From NCBI GenBank assembly GCA_964510585.1, contig CAZECW010000184.1, positions 1-24,032 of the forward strand: a stretch of DNA of 24,032 nt, written 5' to 3'. The translations under genes were made by a program, and so were the position numbers. Shown here in pieces: positions 16,220-24,032 of this stretch; position 1 is the stretch's first letter, and each line of letters opens with the position of its first letter. The notes below the pieces were generated by a model. It was not told the DNA's origin. It made no database searches and saw only the letters and a list, made by a program, of their open reading frames with translations. The stretch comes from an uncultured archaeon (GTDB lineage Archaea > Asgardarchaeota > Jordiarchaeia > Jordiarchaeales > Jordiarchaeaceae).

Positions 16220-17974
16220 ATGAGTAAGAAGAGTAAGGCAAAGCCTAGCAAGGCAAAGAAAGCAGCAAAAATTGTGAAGCCCAAGGTAGAGAAGGAGTTA
16301 CCGGACTACATTAAAAATAAGATTTGGCTGAAGAAATACCCTCCAGACTTACCCAAAGAGGTTAAAATACCAACTGACAAGTCGATACCCGAACTGGCTG
16401 AGGAGGCCGCGGACAAGTGGCCAAATTCTGTAAACATAATATTTTATGGCAGAGAATTCACTCGAAAAGAGTTCAAGGATTACATTGACAGACTCACCAC
16501 GGCATTCCAAAAAAATCTGGGAATAAGGAAGGGGGACAAGATAGCCATATACCTGCCAAACTGTCCCCAATTCATCATCGCATACATGGCAGGACTGGCA
16601 GCTGGAGCCACAATGACCTGTATCAGTCCACTATTTGTGCCCCGAGAATTAGCTTACCAGTTAAAGGACAGCGGAGCAGAAACCCTAGTAACCATGGACA
16701 TGTTCTACAACAATGTGGGACAAATAAGAAACGAGGTTAAACTAAAAAACATCATCATCACCAACATATTTGGACAAACACCCAGCGTGCCCGAAAGCGT
16801 GGAACAAGGAATATACCACATGACCAACCTAATTAAAGACACCACTCCCGACATTACAAGGGTAAAAATTAACCCCAAAAAGGACATTGCAGTAATTCAA
16901 TACACTGGAGGCACAACGGGCATGCCTAAAGGCGCACTCCTCACCCACTACAACCTCATAGCCAACGCCCACCAAATCATACCCATAACAGAAGCACTGA
17001 AAAAGAGGTTCGGTGAGGAGAGGGTGAGATCCATAAGCGTACTGCCCTGGTATCACATATATGGACAAACCTGCGAAATAGTTGCGGGAAACCTGATAGA
17101 TTCAACAGCGGTGCTTTTCGCCCAGTTTGACCCGGGAGCCATTCTTGACGCCATTAACAAGTATAAACCCTGGCTCTTCTTAGGAGTTTCAGCTTTGCTC
17201 ATAGCACTTATGAACCACCCCAAAGCCAAAGAAACAGATTTCAGCTGCCTCAAATATGTTAATATGGGAGCCGCTCCAACCCCAGACGAAGTTGCAAGGC
17301 AATGGAAAAAATTATCTGGACACCCGCTGAGCGAAGGCTACGGGCTAACCGAAACCAGCCCTGTAACCCACACTCGACCAGCCCAACTTTTCGGCGAGAA
17401 ACTGGGAAGCATCGGCCCACCGATTCCCAACACGCTGGCAGGCATAGTAGACCCAGATACCAATGAGTTTCTACCCATAGGTGAACTGGGAGAACTGGTG
17501 ATTAGCGGTCCCCAAGTTATGCTTGGTTACTATAACAGGCCTAAGGATACCGAGGCAGTCTTCTTCGAGGCAGGGGGATACAAGTGGCTTAAAACCGGAG
17601 ACCTAGCCCGAATGGACGAAGACGGATACTTCTACATTGTTGACCGCACCAAAGACATAATAAAATATAAGGGTCACAGCGTATATCCCAGGGAAATTGA
17701 GGAGGTTATATTTGAGCACCCCGCAGTGCTGGAATGCGCAGTTATCGGCGTACCGGATCCTGAGGCAGGAGAAAACATAAAAGCATACATATCACTTAAA
17801 CCGGATTACAAAGGCAAGATAACGGAGGAGGAGATGAAGAACTGGATTAAAGAACGAGTCGCCGCCTACAAGTACCCCAGATACGTGGAGTTCATAGACG
17901 TTATCCCCAAGACCATCGTAGGCAAAGTTCTGAGACGAGCACTAAGAGAGAAAGAGGGCGTAAAGTCGGGATAA
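16220..17974 (+). CDS. Long-chain fatty acid-CoA ligase (FadD-like)
   Basis: AMP-binding motif QYTGGTTGMPKG, EGYGLTE, WLKTGDL, IVDRTKDII, and C-terminal PKTIVGKVLRR. Confidence 0.93.
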   Translation: MSKKSKAKPSKAKKAAKIVKPKVEKELPDYIKNKIWLKKYPPDLPKEVKIPTDKSIPELAEEAADKWPNSVNIIFYGREFTRKEFKDYIDRLTTAFQKNLGIRKGDKIAIYLPNCPQFIIAYMAGLAAGATMTCISPLFVPRELAYQLKDSGAETLVTMDMFYNNVGQIRNEVKLKNIIITNIFGQTPSVPESVEQGIYHMTNLIKDTTPDITRVKINPKKDIAVIQYTGGTTGMPKGALLTHYNLIANAHQIIPITEALKKRFGEERVRSISVLPWYHIYGQTCEIVAGNLIDSTAVLFAQFDPGAILDAINKYKPWLFLGVSALLIALMNHPKAKETDFSCLKYVNMGAAPTPDEVARQWKKLSGHPLSEGYGLTETSPVTHTRPAQLFGEKLGSIGPPIPNTLAGIVDPDTNEFLPIGELGELVISGPQVMLGYYNRPKDTEAVFFEAGGYKWLKTGDLARMDEDGYFYIVDRTKDIIKYKGHSVYPREIEEVIFEHPAVLECAVIGVPDPEAGENIKAYISLKPDYKGKITEEEMKNWIKERVAAYKYPRYVEFIDVIPKTIVGKVLRRALREKEGVKSG

Positions 17975-17991
17975 CTAACTTTACCATTCCC

Positions 17992-18004
17992 TCCTTTTTT
18001 GTTT
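17992..18004 (+). terminator. Possible archaeal oligo-T terminator after the first acyl-CoA ligase
   Basis: tccttttttgttt about 20 nt after the stop. Motif only. Confidence 0.35.
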
Positions 18005-18079
18005 AAGTGATTCGATTGAAACTAAGTTCTTATGAAAAGAGGATAGAAAATCCCTCAAGAGGATTTGGAGACATTTTAC

Positions 18080-18359
18080 AAAACCTTGGCGAGAAAGCCC
18101 CCGACTTCAAGTTGTGGGGATGAATCGCCAAAAAGCTTATTTGAAAGTAGGGTACATAAATAGTTGTTGGTAGCTGAAGGATTTGGCTTGGGCTCAAGGA
18201 GGCTAAACAAGACGCAGCCCCCATGAAGGGTGCCAACATAGACGCCGTTCCCTTGAGGGAAGGGCGTGTTAACTGGGTGATGGCACACCCATTGCTTCCT
18301 AAGGCTCCCGATGAGCCAGAAGCAAGAATCCCCGCGACTTTAGTCGCGGAGAGTGTCAA
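18080..18359 (+). mobile_element. Non-autonomous IS200/IS605-family element (copy 3, complete, 280 bp)
   Basis: TTTAC at 18075-18079, AAAG at 18094-18097 before the LE hairpin, GAAT at 18326-18329 before the RE hairpin, and terminal TCAA at 18356-18359. It is near-identical to copy 2. Confidence 0.92.
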
Positions 18360-18460
18360 TGATACCACAACCTGAATTTTTATGTGGGCTGTGTGAAAAA
18401 GGTCAAAATCCTCACATGTTCAATTTATACCTAAGAACAATGCAGTGAGTGGAATTATAC

Positions 18461-20161
18461 ATGTTTAGATTTAAAAAATCAAAACTTCCAGACTACGTTA
18501 AAAAGAAGATATGGTTGAAGAGCTACCCTCCAGATTTCCCTAAGAAGATTAAGATTCCCAAGAAGCCTTTGCCCGAGGTGTTTAGGGAAGCGGCGGAAAA
18601 GTCTGGCGACGTGGTTAGTCTCATTTTTTATGGTAAGGAGTATACACGCAAACAGATTATGGATTGGTCTGATAGGTTGGCTACTGCCCTCCACAATATG
18701 GGTGTAAGAAAGGGTGACGTCGTAGCGATTTATCTACCCAATAGTGTGCAGTTTTTGGTGGCATACTATGGCATTCTAGCAGCGGGAGCTACGGTTACTG
18801 CCATAAGCCCACTTTTTGTGCCGCGTGAGGTTGCCTTCCAGCTAAAGGACAGCGGAGCGGAAACCATAATTACAATGGACCTCTTCTACGAGAACGTGAA
18901 ACAGATTAAAGATGAAACTCCTCTAAAAAATATTATTGTGTGTAACCTTATGGGGGAGAAGCTTCGAGTTGAAAGAGAAGACTTGGATAAAATAATAAAC
19001 TACCATGAACTAATTGAGAGAACCCCTCCCAAACCTCCCAAAATAAAGATAAACCCCACGGAGGACGTGGCGGTGCTGCAGTATACTGGTGGAACAACCG
19101 GCCTACCAAAGGGTGCCATGCTTACCCACTACAATATGTTAGCCAACGCCCTACAAGTTGTCCCCATTACGGAAACATTAAACAAAAGGTTGGGTATTGA
19201 TAGAACTATTGCGATCTCAGTTTTACCTTGGTACCACAGCTATGGCCAAACAGTGGAAATCGTGGCGGGCGCCCTGCTTAATAGTCTTGGCATATGTTTC
19301 TCCCAGTTTGACCCCGCCCCCATTCTTGAGGCAATCCAGAGGTATAAGCCTAACACTTTCATAGCGGTTCCTGCAATTTTGATTTTGTTGCTGAATCATC
19401 CCAAGTCTCGTGAAGTTGACTTTTCCTGTTTAAAGTACTTTAACATGGGTGCTGCCCCCACTCCTGTGGAGCTTGCCAGACAGTGGAAAGAGTTGTCAGG
19501 TAATCCTTTAAGCGAAGGTTATGGGTTGACCGAAGCCAGCCCAGTGACCCATAGTAGATGCGCCCAGCTTTTTGGCGAGATTCTGGGCTCAGTTGGTCCC
19601 CCCATTTTGAACACTCTGGCAGGAATAGTGGATCCAGACACCAACGAGTTTCTTCCTATCGGGCAGCTGGGTGAGCTGGTGGTCAGCGGTCCTCAAGTAA
19701 TGAAGGGCTACTGGAAACGTCCTGAGGAGACAAAGAAGGTGTTCTTTAAGGCTGGTGGCGTAACTTGGTTAAAGACCGGCGACCTTGCTCGTATGGATGA
19801 GAATGGCCATTTCTACATTTTGGATCGTACTAAAGACATAATAAAGTATAAGGGTCACAGCGTCTACCCGCGGGAACTTGAAGAAGTATTGTTTACCCAT
19901 GAAGCAATCATGGATGTTGCAGTGATTGGGGTGCCCGACCCCGATGTGGGTGAACAAATTAAGGCCTTTGTGGTCTTGAAGCCCGAATATAAGGGTAAAG
20001 TTACGGAAGATGACATACTATACTGGTGTAAAGAACACATGGCAGCCTTCAAATATCCCAGATACTTGCAGATCGTGGATTATCTTCCAAAGAGCATGGT
20101 GGGCAAAACTTTAAGAAGAGTGCTCAGAGAACAAGAAGCCCAAAGAATGGCAGAAACTTAA
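18461..20161 (+). CDS. Long-chain fatty acid-CoA ligase (FadD-like), tandem paralogue
   Basis: Same motifs (QYTGGTTGLPKG, EGYGLTE, WLKTGDL) and extensive identity to 16220-17974. The start is the ATG at 18461 or the GTG at 18449. Confidence 0.93.
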   Translation: MFRFKKSKLPDYVKKKIWLKSYPPDFPKKIKIPKKPLPEVFREAAEKSGDVVSLIFYGKEYTRKQIMDWSDRLATALHNMGVRKGDVVAIYLPNSVQFLVAYYGILAAGATVTAISPLFVPREVAFQLKDSGAETIITMDLFYENVKQIKDETPLKNIIVCNLMGEKLRVEREDLDKIINYHELIERTPPKPPKIKINPTEDVAVLQYTGGTTGLPKGAMLTHYNMLANALQVVPITETLNKRLGIDRTIAISVLPWYHSYGQTVEIVAGALLNSLGICFSQFDPAPILEAIQRYKPNTFIAVPAILILLLNHPKSREVDFSCLKYFNMGAAPTPVELARQWKELSGNPLSEGYGLTEASPVTHSRCAQLFGEILGSVGPPILNTLAGIVDPDTNEFLPIGQLGELVVSGPQVMKGYWKRPEETKKVFFKAGGVTWLKTGDLARMDENGHFYILDRTKDIIKYKGHSVYPRELEEVLFTHEAIMDVAVIGVPDPDVGEQIKAFVVLKPEYKGKVTEDDILYWCKEHMAAFKYPRYLQIVDYLPKSMVGKTLRRVLREQEAQRMAET

Positions 20162-20747
20162 AAAACGTTTTATTTCTCCATCTTTTTTCAACTGTAAAAG
20201 TATTGAAATCCATTTTAGGAGTTAACCATCAAACCAAAATTCAGAATAATGTTTAGGCCTTGTGGCTATGTTGGCTTTCAGCGTTGCGTTCTGTTCTGGG
20301 TTTGCGGCAATTCTCTAATTAAGGTTGAGAGGGGCAAAGGGAGTTTATTCTTTCCCGATCAGAATTCGGATCGGTGTTTGTTTGGGTGCTTTGCCTTAAT
20401 AATGTGCATTGTGGGGCTCTGACCGTTGGTACTAGCAACTTTTTACAATTTTAAGTCGACTTCCTCCCAGCTCTTCTGCATGAATATGCTTGCCTTATTT
20501 GAATATTGTTTTTGCTCATCTTTCCAAGAGGGTGTGCAATCTTTATCTGTTGGGTCAGCTAAAGCTCTTCTAAAACTGCTGGGTGCAAGAATGCATCAAG
20601 GGATTTCACATGTACCACAGAATATATATTTGAAAACCAGATAGAATAATGTATGTGGCTAGAAACTTGTTGGCTAGCCTAAAAATACATTTAAGGAAAC
20701 TAAATTAGCAATCTAAAAGTTTTTTCTGTATTTAGGTGGTGTGTTTT

Positions 20748-21548
20748 ATGCCCAGGTTTGAAACTGTCTTGTATGAGAAAAAGGGTAATGTGGCTGTTAT
20801 CACACTTAACCGTCCTGAGAAGTTGAATGCTTTGAATTCTCAGATGAATAGGGATTTGAAGTACGCCTTTAGGGAGGCTAGGGATGATCCTGAGGTTCGG
20901 GTGATTGTTCTCACTGGGGCGGGTAGGGGTTTCTGTTCTGGGGCGGACATTTCAGACTTTGCTGGTGGGGTTACCCTTGAAGATTTTAAGAGGATGACTG
21001 AGCAAGGTGTAGTGCCCGAAACAATCATTACACCATACGATTTGATTGATGTGCCTAAACCCATTATAGCGGCGGTTAACGGTGTGGCTGTGGGTTTCGG
21101 TATGAACGTTCTTTTAAACTGTGATATCATCATAGCTTCTGAGGCAGCAAGTTTTGGAGAATTCTTCATAAGGATGGGGTTAATTCCAGATATGAATGGA
21201 AGTTTACTACTCCCTATGCTGGTGGGGATTCACAAGGCTAAGGAGCTTATTTTCACTGGTGATAGAATAAGCGCTCAGGAAGCTTTGCGAATAGGACTGG
21301 TAAACCGGGTGGTTCCCCCTGATGAGTTGATGCCTACTGTGATGGAGCTGGCAAACAGGTTAGCTGAGGGACCCCCGCTGGCCTTGGCGATGTCTAAGAG
21401 GCTTATCCATGAGGGTTTCAGAAAAATTTTCGACGAAATGATTGTGAAGGAAGTCCAATATCAAGCCAAGCTCTACGCCTCAGAGGATCATAGGGAGGCT
21501 GCCCTGGCTTTCCTAGAAAAGAGGAAACCTGTTTTTAGGGGAAAATAA
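20748..21548 (+). CDS. Enoyl-CoA hydratase/isomerase (crotonase) family protein
   Basis: ITLNRPEKLNAL, FCSGADI, KPIIAAVNGVAVGFG and GLIPD motifs. The ATG at 20748 follows AGGTGGTG (ORF track gives 20736). Confidence 0.93.
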   Translation: MPRFETVLYEKKGNVAVITLNRPEKLNALNSQMNRDLKYAFREARDDPEVRVIVLTGAGRGFCSGADISDFAGGVTLEDFKRMTEQGVVPETIITPYDLIDVPKPIIAAVNGVAVGFGMNVLLNCDIIIASEAASFGEFFIRMGLIPDMNGSLLLPMLVGIHKAKELIFTGDRISAQEALRIGLVNRVVPPDELMPTVMELANRLAEGPPLALAMSKRLIHEGFRKIFDEMIVKEVQYQAKLYASEDHREAALAFLEKRKPVFRGK

Positions 21549-21579
21549 TTTTCTGACCCTTTATCCTTTCTTCTTTTAC

Positions 21580-22368
21580 CTATTTTTCTTTTCTGTTTTG
21601 GGTTGTGGTTTGGTTTTGGATGCCTAGAAACTTGTAAAGTGTTTTTTTGAGTTCGGGGAATCCTTTGGCTACGGCTTTGGCTCCGTATTTGTTTCCGTTG
21701 GGGTTTCCTTGCCAGTCTATCCATATGGCGTCTATGCCGGCGGCCTTGGCTCCTTTTATGTCTGTTTCTTGGTTGTCCCCCACGTGTACTGCTTGTTCCC
21801 TTTTGACGTTTAGTCTTTTCAGAACTTCTAGGAAGGGTTGGGGGCTGGGTTTAGCTTCGGGATTTGTTTCTCCCGCAACTACTAGGATGTCAAAATAGTC
21901 TGCTAGACCGGAAGCTTTGAACCTTTTTTCCTTCCATCCTGGAGCGAAGTCTGTGTCGCTGAGTAGGCCAAGCTTGTATCCTTTTTGTTTAAGTTCTTTT
22001 AGGAGCTCCGGTGCACCTTCATAGATTTTGGTTGTGTCTTTTAGTATTTCCCAATAAGTGTTGGTTAGTTTGGTGATGAAGTCCGGTGGAACGTCAGTTA
22101 CATTGTACTCTTTCAGGATTTGTTTCCACCATTCATCTCTGCTCCGTGACAGCCTTTTTTCCCTCTCCTCCTCGGTTTTTATCACCTTTTTCAGTATGGT
22201 TTCATAATCTGCATCTATTCCTCTACCTTTCAGGAACTCAGTTATGAGTTCCGCCACCTTCCTGTGGGAATGTATACGATTGCTAAAGGAGTCTACGAGA
22301 GTACCATCAAAGTCAAATATTACAAGTTTCTTCAACTCATAATCCCCTTCATCTTTTAGACTTATCAT
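21580..22368 (-). CDS. HAD-superfamily hydrolase (subfamily IA)
   Basis: Motif I FDFDGTL, motif II LLSD, motif III AKP, motif IV HVGDNQETD. The true start may be the TTG near 22335. Confidence 0.92.
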   Translation of the reverse strand: MISLKDEGDYELKKLVIFDFDGTLVDSFSNRIHSHRKVAELITEFLKGRGIDADYETILKKVIKTEEEREKRLSRSRDEWWKQILKEYNVTDVPPDFITKLTNTYWEILKDTTKIYEGAPELLKELKQKGYKLGLLSDTDFAPGWKEKRFKASGLADYFDILVVAGETNPEAKPSPQPFLEVLKRLNVKREQAVHVGDNQETDIKGAKAAGIDAIWIDWQGNPNGNKYGAKAVAKGFPELKKTLYKFLGIQNQTTTQNRKEK

Positions 22369-22633
22369 TAATACGCCCTATCAAATGGGAATCGTAACCA
22401 TTTAAACCTTGCGAGGGGACACATACCAAAATAGTATAAGAAAACGCACTTTCCAATGGAGGCGCGGCAAAACGAAAAGAATCCAAACGATTAGATGAAA
22501 AAAGAAGAAGGTAAAAATGGGTTTTGCCCGCCCAAAAAGGATGGTGTAGCGTTCACTAATTGGGATGACAATCCAACCATAATACTGTGGGCAGCAAGAC
22601 ACAAGTATGCTTGACGCACAGAATATTTTGGAT

Positions 22634-23803
22634 TTACCTGTATTTTCCATATTTTAGGGCGGCGTCAAACATGGCCACTATGTTCTGTGGGGGCACATCT
22701 CCTTGGAGGTTGTGTGAGGGGGCTAATATGTATCCCCCATTCTTTCCCAGTATTTCAATAACCCTCTTTACTTCGGCCTCAACTTCTTGGGGTGTGCCGT
22801 TGGGCAAGAGTTTTTGGGCGTCTATTCCTCCACAAAAAGTTATGCGGTTTCCATAGGTTCTTTTGAGTGCTTCCGCATCCATTCCTTTGGCGAGGGGCTG
22901 TATGGGATTTAGGACGTCCACCCCTATATCTATGAAGTGTTCTATAAGGGGGAATACTGCTCCGCAACTGTGAAAGTATATTCTGGCATCTGTAACCGAT
23001 TTAACCCTATCTATTAACCCCTTATGGTACGGCTTCATGTATATTTTGTATTCCTCAGGTGAAACAAAGGGTGCCTGTTGCGTACCCATATCGTCTCCTA
23101 ACAGGGCGAAATCGATGTAGTCTCCACATTCAGAGAAGAAGGCTTCTACTATGGAGCCGTGGATGTCTAGGATGGTGCTGGCAAGGTATCGGAAGATTTC
23201 AGGATTCTTCTTCATGTCAATAAACATCTGTGAGAAGCCCCGCAGATAGGAGTAGTGGTGAAAAATGTTTTCAGCCATTGTGGGAACCCCCACTATTGCC
23301 CTGCTGGTTTTCCTCCTCAACTCTTTAACTTCACTCCTCACATTCTCAAGGATCACAGGATCCTCAGGGTCGGGAGTCTCAAGACTGTCAATGTCTTTAA
23401 AAGTAATCTTAGGCTTTCTCAAAGGGCCATCAAATATCTCCCAGTAGTAGCCCACCATTTTAGCCTTTATCCCCCACGCAATGACGACGGTACCATCACT
23501 CAGCATTTTGTCCTGCCCACGTGGAGCCCTCATAACGTATGATACGAAGTCAACCCCAAAACGGTCCAATAACCTATCGTCAAACAATGTCACACAGTTT
23601 GAGGGCAGCATCTGAGGCTGAGACAAATCCTTAAAGCCCAGATAGTTGACCAGAGCACTGTAACCATATTTGGGACTTATAGGCCAATAAAACGGCTTCT
23701 CATAAATAGTATTATTAACCCCTCCAAATTCTATGGGCACCCGATCCGGCTCCTCATGGTTCAGAGCCATCTCGATGCGCTCCCTATGTGATAATTCACC
23801 CAT
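22634..23803 (-). CDS. Uroporphyrinogen decarboxylase family protein (MtaA/CmuA methyltransferase-like)
   Basis: ALNHEEPDRVP, GDDMGTQ, FHSCG, GVDVLNPIQP and GGYILAPSHN...VPPQNI motifs. Confidence 0.88.
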   Translation of the reverse strand: MGELSHRERIEMALNHEEPDRVPIEFGGVNNTIYEKPFYWPISPKYGYSALVNYLGFKDLSQPQMLPSNCVTLFDDRLLDRFGVDFVSYVMRAPRGQDKMLSDGTVVIAWGIKAKMVGYYWEIFDGPLRKPKITFKDIDSLETPDPEDPVILENVRSEVKELRRKTSRAIVGVPTMAENIFHHYSYLRGFSQMFIDMKKNPEIFRYLASTILDIHGSIVEAFFSECGDYIDFALLGDDMGTQQAPFVSPEEYKIYMKPYHKGLIDRVKSVTDARIYFHSCGAVFPLIEHFIDIGVDVLNPIQPLAKGMDAEALKRTYGNRITFCGGIDAQKLLPNGTPQEVEAEVKRVIEILGKNGGYILAPSHNLQGDVPPQNIVAMFDAALKYGKYR

Positions 23804-24032
23804 ATTTAACTACCACTCCCTAACTACTTAATAGCCTTGATATGAACACAATGCCCATCTTGAAATATTTATCTAGAAAATGCTGTTCATAATTTGACAC
23901 TTGACTATGTTTATTTTAGGGGTTTCCCATTTAGAGGATAGTGGTCGGAAAAACCCTCCGTGGGGATTTTCGGGCGCCGATTTAGGCGACCCCCATTGAC
24001 ACTTCAATTTAAGGAGGGTAACCGCGCCACCC

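Noticed and set aside
18030-18368. ORFs of 112 aa and 70 aa over element copy 3 as transposase or TnpB fragments
   Set aside because: They have no HUH, RuvC or zinc-finger motifs, and the frames are disrupted by indels in the other copies.
20443-20658. Minus-strand frame with in-frame TGA (…CGTCEIP*CILAP…) as a second selenoprotein or an E2-like remnant
   Set aside because: There is no start codon before the next upstream stop, no recognisable fold, and the resemblance to ubiquitin-conjugating enzyme tails is too weak to support.
249-23542. The many short ORFs antisense to or nested in the long genes (e.g. 6569-6970, 9229-9645, 11393-11746, 12907-13218, 13356-13676, 20840-21169)
   Set aside because: These are shadow frames of well-supported genes with no motifs. 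The local compositional skew makes stop-poor antisense frames likely.
23960-24000. tRNA-like 5' half (ggggtcgccta on the minus strand)
   Set aside because: There is no T-loop (GTTCRA), anticodon arm or acceptor-stem complement.

Overview
This 24 kb window is archaeal chromosomal DNA, inferred to be Asgard-like from GGAGG/GGTG ribosome-binding sites, TATA-type promoters, an ATP-dependent DNA ligase and a Sec-type redoxin; this is not a tested assignment. The genes encode a cupin sugar-isomerase-like protein, a GHL6/GH42-like glycoside hydrolase, a PIG-L deacetylase, a DUF5678 plus aspartic-protease pair, an MFS transporter, DNA ligase, a membrane-anchored 5'-nucleotidase, a BKACE enzyme, two TPR paralogues, two acyl-CoA ligases, an enoyl-CoA hydratase, a HAD hydrolase and a UroD/MtaA-family protein. 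Four things are missed by the ORF track. (1) A peroxiredoxin-like gene at 12380-12838 (-) has an in-frame TGA in a redoxin UxxC motif (RGIS-U-PYC), so it is a probable selenoprotein. (2) Directly after its stop is a hairpin with a K-loop-like tandem G.A core, a candidate non-canonical SECIS. (3) Three copies of an ORF-less ~280 bp IS200/IS605-type element are present. The two complete copies carry IS608-like ends, a TATA-like box and a highly structured TnpB omegaRNA-like body; each copy has a different flanking 'guide'. (4) A kb-scale oscillation of G+T versus A+C strand bias overrides gene orientation.
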